From IMG/VR virus record IMGVR_UViG_3300032050_000010: 64,000 bases of DNA. One strand, given 5' to 3'. Each line of letters starts with the position of its first letter. The first letter of the stretch is position 1. Position numbers and translations under genes: made by a program. This document shows, piece by piece, positions 37,865 through 47,140 of this stretch. Under the pieces are notes generated by a model. It saw only the letters and a list, made by a program, of their open reading frames with translations. It made no database searches and was not told the origin of the DNA. The stretch is from a virus.

Positions 37865-39460
37865 ATGGAAGAGACAGACAAGTTAGTCGTCTTTGATGCA
37901 GCTGCTCGTGAGAAGCTCCTCGCGGGTGTCAATACTTTGGCCGATGCTGTCCGAGTGACGATGGGCCCACGAGGTCGCAACGTCCTGATCGAGCAGCGCG
38001 GTCAACACCCGATCGTCACTAAGGACGGCGTCACTGTTGCGAAGTCGATCAATCTCCGCGACAAGTTGCAGAACTTGGGCGCCCAGATGATCAAGGAGGC
38101 AGCGTCCCGTTCGGCTGATGAAGCAGGAGATGGGACAACCACAGCAACTGTCCTCACGCAGGCGATCTTCAGCGAAGGCCTAAAGCTTGTTCTAGCAGGC
38201 TACCCATCGACTGACATCAAGGCGGGTATCGACCAAGCAGTCGAGCAGATCATCAGTAAGATTGACCAGATCGCTGTGCCTGCGGGATCACCAGAGGTAC
38301 TGCGTCGTGTTGCAGTCATCTCAGCCAACGGCGAAGAGAGCCTGGGCGAGCTGATTGAGAATGCCATCAGGACAGTGGGTGAGGACGGTGTCGTCACAGT
38401 CGAGGAAGCAAAGGGTTACAACAGCAGCTTGACTGTCGTCGATGGCACTCGCATTGACCGCGGATACACGTCTCCCTACTTCGTCACCGATCAAGATCGG
38501 ATGGTGTGTGAGATGGAGAAGCCTGCTGTGCTCCTCCTGAATAGGCGGATTGAGACGATCAAGGACATTGTGGGCCTCCTCGAGAAGAGCCTGTCCAACA
38601 AGCGCCCACTCCTCATCATCGCAGACGACATCGACGGCGAAGCAATGCAGACACTCGTCCTTAACAGAGTGCGTGGTGCATTGAGCGTTTGTGCCATCAG
38701 AGCTCCTGGGGCTGGCGCAGGTCGATATGATCAGATGCAGGATCTTGCTGTCCTGCTCGGCACTCGTGTCTTCTCTGCTGCTGATGCTGAGGATCTGTCA
38801 AAGGTGCAACTCACAGAGTTAGGCACATGCAACAAGGCGCTGATCGGGCGCACCGAGACAGTTCTAGTAGGCGCCAATGCTGACAGAGATCGGGTAGGTG
38901 AACGCCTCGACGAGATCCGGAAGCAGTATGCAGAGGCGATCGATGAGGGTGAGCGGCTGCAGACAAAGCAGCGTCTTGCCCGCCTATCAGGTGGCGTTGC
39001 CATCCTCCGTGTTGGCGGTGCCACCGAGGCGGAGCTTAAGGAACGTAAGGATCGTGCTGACGACGCACTGCACGCTGTGCAAGCTGCCATGAAGGAGGGT
39101 GTCGTCCCCGGCGGTGGCACAACACTCGTCAGAGCAGCCAACGATGTCCCGCTTCCTGCTGGTGACTTCACACCTGTTCAGGCGGGCTTTCAGGTTGTCA
39201 AGACAGCATGCCGTGCACCGTTCAGGCAGATCGTCACAAATAGCGGTGGAACACCCGAGATTGTGCTCAACCACTTGAACACGTTAAGCAGCACACACGT
39301 CTACGATGCCTTCCACGGCACTTATGGAGAGATGCTCGAGCTTGGGATCGTTGATCCTGCGCGGGTCGTCAAGTGTGCTCTGAGAAATGCCGCCTCTGCA
39401 GCAGGCATGATGCTCACTGTAGGATGCGCTCTCGTTGAGGATGAAGCGCCTGCAACGTGA
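37865..39460 (+). CDS. groEL: GroEL-like chaperonin
   Basis: TMGPRGRNV, TKDGVTVA, GDGTTTAT, VGGATEAE, GVVPGGG. Confidence 0.95.
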   Translation: MEETDKLVVFDAAAREKLLAGVNTLADAVRVTMGPRGRNVLIEQRGQHPIVTKDGVTVAKSINLRDKLQNLGAQMIKEAASRSADEAGDGTTTATVLTQAIFSEGLKLVLAGYPSTDIKAGIDQAVEQIISKIDQIAVPAGSPEVLRRVAVISANGEESLGELIENAIRTVGEDGVVTVEEAKGYNSSLTVVDGTRIDRGYTSPYFVTDQDRMVCEMEKPAVLLLNRRIETIKDIVGLLEKSLSNKRPLLIIADDIDGEAMQTLVLNRVRGALSVCAIRAPGAGAGRYDQMQDLAVLLGTRVFSAADAEDLSKVQLTELGTCNKALIGRTETVLVGANADRDRVGERLDEIRKQYAEAIDEGERLQTKQRLARLSGGVAILRVGGATEAELKERKDRADDALHAVQAAMKEGVVPGGGTTLVRAANDVPLPAGDFTPVQAGFQVVKTACRAPFRQIVTNSGGTPEIVLNHLNTLSSTHVYDAFHGTYGEMLELGIVDPARVVKCALRNAASAAGMMLTVGCALVEDEAPAT

Positions 39461-39484
39461 TAAGTATTCAAGCGGAGTCGTAGT

Positions 39485-39829
39485 ATGCGCTTGCTGAATG
39501 AGGAGAACAAGCATCTCACATCCAAGATGATCAAGGTCACCTTGTCTGTGAAGATGAACCAGGACGCTCACGTTCCTGACACGATGACACGTATCCGCGT
39601 CCTCCCAACCGTCGCTGTTGTGGGTCAGTCGGATCGTGTTGAGCGCTCCTCAGCGGGCGGTACTGTCATGGATGTCTACGTCAAGTTCCTGCCCAATCCA
39701 GGCAGCCTCTTCTACAACCTGATGACGCTCTGCAAGCTGATCAAGTCGCTTCCTGGCGTCCGCGTCGTCCGGGTCGTCGCAGTCGGGAACCGTCCTGTGA
39801 TCTTCAAGGGTCGCCCGATCGTCGTATGA
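39485..39829 (+). CDS. hypothetical protein
   Basis: 114 aa; GGAG RBS; ATAAGTA upstream. Confidence 0.65.
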   Translation: MRLLNEENKHLTSKMIKVTLSVKMNQDAHVPDTMTRIRVLPTVAVVGQSDRVERSSAGGTVMDVYVKFLPNPGSLFYNLMTLCKLIKSLPGVRVVRVVAVGNRPVIFKGRPIVV

Positions 39830-40032
39830 TGAACATCGTCGCAGGTTACCAGACAGATCTGGAGATGGCTTTAAATTGGCTGCGTCTCAAGAAAGCACTG
39901 CAAGATGTCAGTGAGCAGAGAAAGGAAGGCAACTTGTACATTGCCACCATACGCACTAAGATGAATAGGTCAGAAGTGCAAAAACTCCTCACGGATCGCT
40001 TCGGGCACTACGTCAAAGTCGCACCTCGTTAG
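39826..40032 (+). CDS. hypothetical protein
   Basis: 68 aa, ATGA coupling. Confidence 0.55.
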   Translation: MMNIVAGYQTDLEMALNWLRLKKALQDVSEQRKEGNLYIATIRTKMNRSEVQKLLTDRFGHYVKVAPR

Positions 40033-40075
40033 GTGCATATCATCAACAACAAGCTAGTATCAAGAGTAGTTAGAA

Positions 40076-40297
40076 ATGAACATCGGAACAAGTGACGATC
40101 TCGCACGCATGGAGACGTCTGACCTCGAGCGACTTCAGAACATCCTGAAGGATCGTATCAACCAAGCACGTCGTCGTCGAGATGACAGCATTCCACTTGA
40201 GATTGATCTCACATATGTCCAGCGCGAGCTTACTGACAGGCAGCGCCGATCCGAGTGGGTGGCTCGCAACATTGTTGCAAAAAGTGAGCAAGAGTAG
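40076..40297 (+). CDS. hypothetical helical protein
   Basis: 73 aa; GTGCAT-16-TAGTAT upstream. Confidence 0.6.
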   Translation: MNIGTSDDLARMETSDLERLQNILKDRINQARRRRDDSIPLEIDLTYVQRELTDRQRRSEWVARNIVAKSEQE

Positions 40298-40341
40298 TTT
40301 TCACCGGCAAAACGGTGTTTAAATCAAGCTCAGGAGGAAAC

Positions 40342-40704
40342 ATGGCATACACATTCTACAAGTACGACTACAACACACCCCACCCTGACACGGCTCGTGC
40401 AAACATCCTAAGCAACGACAAGGGCATGACGATCGAGCTTGAAGCACCAGGCTTCAGCCGTAGCGACATCACTGTCGAGACGAAGGGGTCAACACTGACA
40501 GTGACAGCAAAGCGCACTGACGCTCCCGAGGAGAAGTATCGCATTCAGGAGTTTAACGCACACCACTTGACACGGTCGTGGACACTTCCCAAGTCGATCG
40601 ACGTTGACAAGATCGTTGCAGCGTACGATGCAGGCATCCTCACGTTGACGATGCCCTACCGCAGCGACTCCGTCTTCGAGACACGTCGCATCGAGATCGC
40701 CTGA
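40342..40704 (+). CDS. small heat-shock protein (Hsp20)
   Basis: EAPGF....I.V, LTV, RSWTLP, A.YDAGILTL.MP, RIEI; AGGAGG RBS. Confidence 0.9.
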   Translation: MAYTFYKYDYNTPHPDTARANILSNDKGMTIELEAPGFSRSDITVETKGSTLTVTAKRTDAPEEKYRIQEFNAHHLTRSWTLPKSIDVDKIVAAYDAGILTLTMPYRSDSVFETRRIEIA

Positions 40705-40713
40705 TCTCACTCT

Positions 40714-40741
40714 AGGGCGCCCTTCTATGGGCGCCCTTTTT
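40714..40741 (+). terminator. intrinsic terminator
   Basis: AGGGCGCCC-TTCTAT-GGGCGCCCT-TTTT. Confidence 0.85.
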
Positions 40742-40743
40742 GT

Positions 40744-40775
40744 GCCCGTGCGGGCCCAGCGCAACATGGTATAAT
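40744..40775 (+). promoter_or_regulatory. CCCGTGC-class promoter of the sigma factor gene
   Basis: GCCCGTGCGG-16-TATAAT with TG extension. Confidence 0.65.
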
Positions 40776-40800
40776 AAAGACAGGAGGCAAGGAAGCAAGA

Positions 40801-41535
40801 ATGAACGACTCACTCGACCAATACTTCAAGCAGATCGCAACTGGTAAGCTTCTCACACACGCAGAGGAGATCGAGCTCTCACAGCGGATCGAGGCAGGTG
40901 ATAATGAGGCACGTCGGATCATGATCCAGTCGAACCTTCGTCTGGCGATCTCGATCGCCAAGAAGTACCAGCGGAGCGGCTGCAACCTGGAGGATCTCAT
41001 CCAGGAGTCGAACGTGGGCCTGATCAAGGCAGTCGATCGATTTGATTGGCGTCGGGGTTTCAAGTTCAGCACCTACGCATCCTGGTGGATCAAGCAGGCC
41101 GTCCGTCGGCACGTGACTGACTCGATGTCTGACGTTCGGATGCCTTCTCACGCCGTGTCGCTGGCCTACAAGATCAGCAATTTCATCCGCGACTACGAGA
41201 ACGAGTTCAACAACAGGCCCACGAACACTGAAATCGCTGAGATGCTGGGTGTCTCTGAGGAGACGGTCAAGGAGTCGCTGTACAACACTGGGCTCACTTC
41301 GACGATCTCTCTTGACACTCCCGTAGGTGACGAGTCGGATCGCACACTGATGGAGACGATCGTCGACGACCGCGGGACGCACATCGATGAGCTGCTCGAT
41401 CGAGCTCGTGTCTTTGATGTGGTCAAGCAGTGCATGCATCTTCTCACTCCCCGCGAGGAGCAGGTACTTCGTCTTCGGTTCGGCATCACTGATATCTCTG
41501 ACATCGACGCACTTCCCAACACTCTTCAGGTTTGA
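40801..41535 (+). CDS. RpoD/RpoS-like sigma70 factor lacking region 4.2
   Basis: LL..EEI, NLRLAISIAKKY, DLIQE.N.GLIKAVDRFD..RGFKFSTYASWWIKQ, SLDTP, LTPREEQVLRLRFG then stop. Confidence 0.92.
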   Translation: MNDSLDQYFKQIATGKLLTHAEEIELSQRIEAGDNEARRIMIQSNLRLAISIAKKYQRSGCNLEDLIQESNVGLIKAVDRFDWRRGFKFSTYASWWIKQAVRRHVTDSMSDVRMPSHAVSLAYKISNFIRDYENEFNNRPTNTEIAEMLGVSEETVKESLYNTGLTSTISLDTPVGDESDRTLMETIVDDRGTHIDELLDRARVFDVVKQCMHLLTPREEQVLRLRFGITDISDIDALPNTLQV

Positions 41536-41552
41536 TAAGGAGCAGAAATAAA

Positions 41553-41828
41553 ATGGCTATGCCTATGGGTCACAAGTCCGAGAATGGTTACTCCACTGTC
41601 GCCGAGATCGACAACGGCCTGGGTTATCGTGAGATCGCGGAGGCAATGTCTTCTCGAGGTCACAAGATGAACCACTCGACCGCCCGCAATGTGCTCGTCT
41701 CGGCACTATCTAAGCTGGCAACCGGTGTCTGCAAGGCGTACGGCTCTGAGCCGTCGGAGGCAGAGATCAAGCGCGTCGCGTCAGATCCGCGCTTCCAGGC
41801 AGGCCTCTATGAGATCCTGTATAAGTAA
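41553..41828 (+). CDS. stand-alone sigma region-4-like HTH protein
   Basis: LGYREIAEAM....STARNVLVSALSKL; AAGGAG RBS. Confidence 0.6.
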   Translation: MAMPMGHKSENGYSTVAEIDNGLGYREIAEAMSSRGHKMNHSTARNVLVSALSKLATGVCKAYGSEPSEAEIKRVASDPRFQAGLYEILYK

Positions 41829-41843
41829 ATACCAGGAGAAGAC

Positions 41844-42149
41844 ATGGCAATTTCACTCAAGTTCTTTATGATCAAGCGTGGATTAAGTTTTGACAAGCTT
41901 GTAGAAAAGTCGGGTGCAAAGTCAGCTGAAGATCTTGTCAGATACATGAGGGGCCTCTCTGTGGGCGTTACAGCAAACGATGAAGCTGACGTGCGCAATT
42001 ACTTTGCATCAATTAAAACCGCACCACCCGATCCGCCCGCATCCGCTGTAGAGCAGGTTGAGGCTGCACCAGACGACCTGGACACAGTCGCACAAGATGA
42101 CAAGCCCAAGCGCCGACGCTCAAAGAAGTCAGGCGGCTCTGATGTTTAG
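41844..42149 (+). CDS. hypothetical protein
   Basis: AGGAG RBS, basic C-terminal tail. Confidence 0.65.
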   Translation: MAISLKFFMIKRGLSFDKLVEKSGAKSAEDLVRYMRGLSVGVTANDEADVRNYFASIKTAPPDPPASAVEQVEAAPDDLDTVAQDDKPKRRRSKKSGGSDV

Positions 42150-42369
42150 CGGCTGGTACGACGACGAGCAAAAGACAGCTTACATCCAGGTGGGTCGCAC
42201 TGTCTTCATGGTGACAGCTGAGGAATTCATGGATTTCTTCGATCTAATCGGAGAATTGCAGCAGGACATGCTGGAGGATCCAGAGCTTGAATTGGGAACA
42301 GTCACCGACGAAGATGGCAATGAGTACCAAGAATTTGTAATTAAGAAGAAAGACGAAGAATATAGCTAA
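42142..42369 (+). CDS. acidic hypothetical protein
   Basis: MFSGWYDDEQK...; overlaps the upstream stop. Confidence 0.6.
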   Translation: MFSGWYDDEQKTAYIQVGRTVFMVTAEEFMDFFDLIGELQQDMLEDPELELGTVTDEDGNEYQEFVIKKKDEEYS

Positions 42370-42382
42370 AGGAGAAACACAC

Positions 42383-42598
42383 ATGACCAAAGAAATCGTT
42401 CAAGAGCTCATCGAGAAGATCACAACCATCGACAACGAGATCAAGCTTCTTCAGGAAGATCGCAAGACGCTTCTTGAGGATTACAAGGACAAGCTCGACA
42501 TCAAGGCGTTCAAGGCGGCAGTTCGTATCATCAAGCTGCGTGAGAATGTCGACAACGGTGAGCTTGATAACATCCTCGGAGTTCTGGACAACAACTAA
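42383..42598 (+). CDS. GapR/DUF2312/T4 DsbA-like dsDNA-binding protein
   Basis: IEKI..IDNEIK.LQED.K......K..D.KA....RI.K pattern. Confidence 0.65.
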   Translation: MTKEIVQELIEKITTIDNEIKLLQEDRKTLLEDYKDKLDIKAFKAAVRIIKLRENVDNGELDNILGVLDNN

Positions 42599-43101
42599 TG
42601 GACAACACTATCTCTGTGACACAGACAGGTTACAATCGCGTTAGCAAGCAGATCAACGATCTGAAGCGCGAACACACACAGCTCAATGCAGACATTGCTG
42701 CTGCACTTGAGGGCAAGAGCTCTGAGGAGAATGATGAGTTCCTGCTTGCGAAGCAGCGCCAGCACCAGATCGAGACAAGCATCACAAAGCTGAGTGCGCT
42801 GCTGGAGAACTTTGAAGTCGTCGAGACGATCGACTTCACAGGGCGGGCAGATTTTGGCACAGTTGTGACAGTGCGCAATCTCGACACTGACGTTGAGAAG
42901 ACATACACACTCCTCAGTGAGTATGACTCGAACGCAAAGGCAGGCATCATTTCAACTGCCTCCCCGATCGGTGCAGGACTGCTTGGTCGTCGAGCAGGCG
43001 ACTCAGTTGAGATCGAGATGCCTAACGGATCTGTCATCCCATTCGAGGTGCTCAGTGTCGGTGTCAGCAGCTTTGTCACTCGTTCGCAGCCAGACGCGTA
43101 G
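42598..43101 (+). CDS. greA: transcription elongation factor GreA
   Basis: T..GY, EENDEF..AK, FGTVV, IS..SPIG.GLLG...GD. Confidence 0.88.
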   Translation: MDNTISVTQTGYNRVSKQINDLKREHTQLNADIAAALEGKSSEENDEFLLAKQRQHQIETSITKLSALLENFEVVETIDFTGRADFGTVVTVRNLDTDVEKTYTLLSEYDSNAKAGIISTASPIGAGLLGRRAGDSVEIEMPNGSVIPFEVLSVGVSSFVTRSQPDA

Positions 43102-43624
43102 GCAGAGATACGACCAGAAGAAGGAGACGGCGCAGCGGAGCAACATCTCTGTCTGCGCCGTTAACTTTGGATGTGATGAAAATTTAGGTTATCTGATCAG
43201 AGCTGCAGCGTGCTTCGGTGTTGACACAGTTCACGTGATTGGAAATGTTCCAGAGCGCAAGCATCTCGTGCCGGTGTCAGGTAGCCTGATAGATTACGTC
43301 ACAATCGTGCAGCACAGTAACCCCCACAACTTTCTCGAGATGATGCGACAGCAAAATGTGTCTGTCGTCTCAGCAGAATTAACTGACATTGCTGTCTCTG
43401 TTCACGACTACGAGTTTGACGCAGAGCGTGCTGTCTGCATCGCTGTGGGCAATGAGCACAGCGGCGTCCCAGCTGAGATCCTGCACAACAGCGATGTCGT
43501 CTACATTCCAATGCCCGGTGTTGGGTTCTGCTTGAACACTGCACAGACCGCCAATATAATGCTCTTCGAGTTCAACCGCCAACAAAATGTGAGGAAGGCA
43601 AGTGAACATCTTTGTGCTGGATAA
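43073..43624 (+). CDS. SpoU/TrmH-family RNA 2'-O-methyltransferase
   Basis: ENLGYLIRAAACFG, GNEHSGV, IPM.G...LN; start uncertain (TTG 43073). Confidence 0.85.
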   Translation: MSLVRSQTRRQRYDQKKETAQRSNISVCAVNFGCDENLGYLIRAAACFGVDTVHVIGNVPERKHLVPVSGSLIDYVTIVQHSNPHNFLEMMRQQNVSVVSAELTDIAVSVHDYEFDAERAVCIAVGNEHSGVPAEILHNSDVVYIPMPGVGFCLNTAQTANIMLFEFNRQQNVRKASEHLCAG

Positions 43625-44180
43625 GGATCCCCGGCGTGCCGCTGAGTATCACTGCGACAAGCATGCAGTAAAGATGATACTAGAGAGTGCGCAAATGCTG
43701 TGCACAGCGCACTGGCTCGGATGGGCCCGCATGCTTAAGGCACCACCCATGAAGAAGAAAGATCTCCAGCAGTGGCTCTACAAGAACGTACCCAAGGATC
43801 TTCAGCCACCCTGGAAGATGACGCATGTCAATCACCCCTGCACTCAGTGGACACAGTATGTGTGGGGCAACTACTTCTGGCACAGTCGTCTGGGCCTGGC
43901 ACTCTGTGATGTCTACACTGAGCGCTATGGAAAGGTGCACAAGTCACATGAAGTGCACCGCTGGCTGAATCGACACATCCCGCCCACATTCGAGGCAACT
44001 GTAGAGAACCCGGTCGGTACGACGCAGTTTGCTGTGTGCATGCCCGATGAGTGTAAAGTGCCTGATGACCCTGTTGAATCGTACCGCAGCTACTATCGCA
44101 TGCACAAGGTAAAAATGGCTCGATGGGCCCACAGCGAAAAACCCGTCTGGTTTAACCAGATTAAGCAGGAGACACTTTGA
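43602..44180 (+). CDS. pyrimidine-dimer DNA glycosylase (DenV-like) family protein
   Basis: MNIFVLD, HCDKH.VKMILESAQML, HVNHPC..W, RYGK.HKS, MPDE.K...V.SYR.YY. Confidence 0.8.
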   Translation: MNIFVLDKDPRRAAEYHCDKHAVKMILESAQMLCTAHWLGWARMLKAPPMKKKDLQQWLYKNVPKDLQPPWKMTHVNHPCTQWTQYVWGNYFWHSRLGLALCDVYTERYGKVHKSHEVHRWLNRHIPPTFEATVENPVGTTQFAVCMPDECKVPDDPVESYRSYYRMHKVKMARWAHSEKPVWFNQIKQETL

Positions 44181-45814
44181 GCACAATTAATGTAGATACA
44201 TGGGTCGAGTACTTCCCGTTCAAGGCGCCTCGCGCAGAGCAGGTCGACGCGATTAATTTCATCCTCCGATCATTTCTCGAGGACGGAAAGCGCTTCGTCA
44301 TTGCGGATCTAGGCACCGGTGTGGGTAAGTCGGCGATCGCGGTGACAGTCGCGAGATACCTGAATGCTCATTCACCACCATCTTCACCGGATGAAGCTGC
44401 TCCCGGCGCGTGGTTCATGACGACCCAGAAGATCCTCCAGGAGCAGTACTGCGAGGATTTCGGCGCCCCATTGGGTGCCATGCGGTCGATCCGCTCTGCA
44501 ACCAACTACACCTGCGACTTCCTCAAGAAGCACAACTGCAGTGAGGGCCAGCAGATGCTCCGCGGTGCAGACAAGAGCTCAAAGTTCTGGAAGGCGTGCA
44601 TGTTCAGCTGCCGCTACAAGCAGGAGCGAAAGGCATTCCTTGAAGCACCCGAGTCGGTGACCAACTTCTCCTACGCACTGACAGCAGCGAACTACGGCGA
44701 CAAGATCCTAAAGCGGAACTTGCTCGTCCTTGATGAGTGTCACAACACCGAGACAGAGCTGGCGAAGTTCATCGAGATCTCGATCTCTGAGAAGGCAGCG
44801 AGTGCCGTGGGGCTTGATTGGCCCGACTTGAGCACATACTTACAGACTGTGAAGTGGATCCGTGACACGTATGTTCCCACTTCACGCGGTGTTCTTCGAG
44901 ACATGGAAGCTGACCTCGAGCAGTTTAAGGAGCTCGAGGGGCAGTCGAAGGAGTACGCTGACATGGCACGGCGATACGAGATCCTCAATGGTCACGTTCA
45001 GAAGGTGGAGACGTTCCTCCAGCTGCAAGATCCCGACAACTGGGTGTTTGAGAACCTCCCATCAGTCGGCAAGAACACTGCTAAGATCACCTTCAAGCCG
45101 ATCGACATCTCACCCTTTGCCGAGCAGTATCTCTTCAGGCTGGGCAAGCGTGTCCTCCTGATGTCCGCGACTGTGATCAACTGTGACATCTACGCTGAGT
45201 CGCTGGGGTTACCCAAGGATCAGTACACTGCGATCTCGAAGCCCACACCCTTCCCAGTCGAGAACCGACCCATCTACTTCTCACCCGTCGGGCTGATGAG
45301 CGCTGATCACATTGACGCATCGCTACCCAAGCTCGCGGAGGCCGTGAAGGAGATCCTGAAGGAACACAAGGGACAGAAGGGCATCATCCACTCCCACAGC
45401 TACAAGATCACCAACTTCCTCCGGAAGAACATCCGCGATAAGCGCCTCATCTTCCACGACGCTGACGACCGTGAGGAGGCACTTCGGAAGCACATGTCGT
45501 CGACCACTGCCACCGTCCTCGTCTCACCCAGCATGGCTGAGGGCGTCGACCTGCGGGATGACCTATCACGCTTCCAGATCATCATGAAGGTACCCTACCC
45601 ATCGCTAGGTGACAAGCTGGTCAAGAAGCGGATGCACCGCTGGTCGTGGTGGTACCCGATGCAGACGATCAAGACGATTGTGCAGGCCGTGGGACGCTCA
45701 ATTAGAAATGAAAAGGATCAGGCGGTCACGTATATTTTAGATGCTGATTGGCAGCGTTTCTACAACAAGAACAGCAACATCTTTCCAGATAGCTTCAAGC
45801 AAGCTCTCAAGTGA
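44177..45814 (+). CDS. DinG/XPD-like SF2 helicase with putative Fe-S cysteines
   Basis: GTGVGKS, four Cys, DECHN, MSAT, EGVD, KVPYP, QAVGRSIR...D. Confidence 0.9.
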   Translation: MSTINVDTWVEYFPFKAPRAEQVDAINFILRSFLEDGKRFVIADLGTGVGKSAIAVTVARYLNAHSPPSSPDEAAPGAWFMTTQKILQEQYCEDFGAPLGAMRSIRSATNYTCDFLKKHNCSEGQQMLRGADKSSKFWKACMFSCRYKQERKAFLEAPESVTNFSYALTAANYGDKILKRNLLVLDECHNTETELAKFIEISISEKAASAVGLDWPDLSTYLQTVKWIRDTYVPTSRGVLRDMEADLEQFKELEGQSKEYADMARRYEILNGHVQKVETFLQLQDPDNWVFENLPSVGKNTAKITFKPIDISPFAEQYLFRLGKRVLLMSATVINCDIYAESLGLPKDQYTAISKPTPFPVENRPIYFSPVGLMSADHIDASLPKLAEAVKEILKEHKGQKGIIHSHSYKITNFLRKNIRDKRLIFHDADDREEALRKHMSSTTATVLVSPSMAEGVDLRDDLSRFQIIMKVPYPSLGDKLVKKRMHRWSWWYPMQTIKTIVQAVGRSIRNEKDQAVTYILDADWQRFYNKNSNIFPDSFKQALK

Positions 45815-45820
45815 CATCCA

Positions 45821-45994
45821 ATGTTTGCACCTGTATTTCACGCAATTTTAGCAGCTTTGAACGTCTTTCTTGTAATCTTCAACTATCGTTCAGAAGATTA
45901 TCTTGACGCAGGAGTGCACGTCTTGTTCGTGATCAACTTCTTCATCATGTTCTTAATAACGATAGGAGAGGCCAGAGATGGATCTGCAGATTGA
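45821..45994 (+). CDS. small two-TM membrane protein (57 aa, not in ORF track)
   Basis: MFAPVFHAILAALNVFLVIF...GVHVLFVINFFIMFLITI. Confidence 0.5.
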   Translation: MFAPVFHAILAALNVFLVIFNYRSEDYLDAGVHVLFVINFFIMFLITIGEARDGSAD

Positions 45995-46484
45995 CAGCTG
46001 GTGCAGCGGTAGTGGTACAACCTCCGACTGGCTGGGTGTGCTCGATGACGTGAAGCAGTCGATCCTGCAGGGCTGTAGGATCTTTGTGGGTGCTGACAGC
46101 GTCAAGGAGCAGAAAGATTGCACGTTCGTGGTGACTGTCTGCATATACAATCCCGGCGCAGGAGGTAGATATTACTTCAAGCGCTTTAAGCAGCCTACCA
46201 AGATCTTCCCGTCGCTTCGTGCGCGGATATTTCAAGAAGCTGCTGAGGCGATTGAGGTCACTCTGAAGTTGCTGCAAGAGATACCAGATGCGCCTGTCGA
46301 GATCCACCTCGACGTCAACCGCGACAAGAGGCATGAGACAGGCACCTTCAGTGAGCAGGTGGTCGGCTACGCAAAGTCGATCGGCGTCGACTGTAAGATC
46401 AAACCCGACTCCTGGGCCTCATCTGACATTGCAGATAAACACACCCGCCACAGATATAATAAGAGACAAACAGAGAAAAGGTGA
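45978..46484 (+). CDS. RNase H-like YkuK (DUF458) family protein
   Basis: IFVGADS, GGRYY, L..RI..E, EIHLDVN, KIKP...ASS..AD.H. Confidence 0.8.
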   Translation: MDLQIDSWCSGSGTTSDWLGVLDDVKQSILQGCRIFVGADSVKEQKDCTFVVTVCIYNPGAGGRYYFKRFKQPTKIFPSLRARIFQEAAEAIEVTLKLLQEIPDAPVEIHLDVNRDKRHETGTFSEQVVGYAKSIGVDCKIKPDSWASSDIADKHTRHRYNKRQTEKR

Positions 46485-46488
46485 CACA

Positions 46489-46683
46489 ATGATGAACAAG
46501 TATGACATGGCCGACATCATCCTAAGCGAGCCCCTTCTTGGGGGAAAGAAGATGGATCCCAAAGCTGTCCTGCTCGACATGATCGAGGCACTCGACGATC
46601 GTGCGGCCGAGAGAGCACTCCGATCAGTTGCGAAGACGTGGGGCATCTCTCTCTCAGCCGAGCGCGACCGCAATGACGACTGA
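46489..46683 (+). CDS. hypothetical protein
   Basis: ATG 46489 after AGGTG. Confidence 0.5.
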   Translation: MMNKYDMADIILSEPLLGGKKMDPKAVLLDMIEALDDRAAERALRSVAKTWGISLSAERDRNDD

Positions 46684-46945
46684 AGCGCCCCCAAAGACGA
46701 AGATCTTCCGCAAGAAGAAGGGCAGCGACGAGGATGTCATTGCCAAGATGACCAAGCTCCTACAGAAGAAGTTTCCCAAGCGGGAGATCGAGGTGAAGAT
46801 CACGTCAGACGACGGTGGGCGACTCATCGAGGTTCACATCAATGAAGCCAAACTCTCAAGGTCAGTGCGTGAATTTCTGCCCCTCAACTGGGAAGGTTGG
46901 CGCACGGTAGTGATAAATAGATATGCAGCATCAGGTGCAGAATGA
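46673..46945 (+). CDS. hypothetical protein
   Basis: MTTEAPPK..., operon packing. Confidence 0.55.
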   Translation: MTTEAPPKTKIFRKKKGSDEDVIAKMTKLLQKKFPKREIEVKITSDDGGRLIEVHINEAKLSRSVREFLPLNWEGWRTVVINRYAASGAE

Positions 46946-47139
46946 TTAAGAGCGGTGATAGAGTATACCCATACTACAACATGGGCCAGAAGGGACGCGT
47001 GGTTCGCGTCCAGCGGTCAAACGTGACAGCGAACGCAGTGGGTGGCACACTCGCTGCTGAGTTTCTTGCTGAGATCCTCCTTGACGACGGGCAGACAGTT
47101 GTTGTCCACCGTGTGCAGGACCTGATGAGGGAGGAGTGA
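46942..47139 (+). CDS. small SH3/KOW-like protein
   Basis: IKSGDRVY...G.V. Confidence 0.6.
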   Translation: MIKSGDRVYPYYNMGQKGRVVRVQRSNVTANAVGGTLAAEFLAEILLDDGQTVVVHRVQDLMREE

Positions 47140-47140
47140 G

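Noticed and set aside
41499-41553. Programmed frameshift fusing sigma and the HTH ORF
   Set aside because: No slippery heptamer in the short shared open window, and the downstream ORF has its own AAGGAG RBS.
42893-43072. Long N-terminal extension of the SpoU ORF in the track (also 33840, 46288, 52324, 59865)
   Set aside because: These extensions overlap upstream genes; better starts with an RBS or translational coupling lie downstream.
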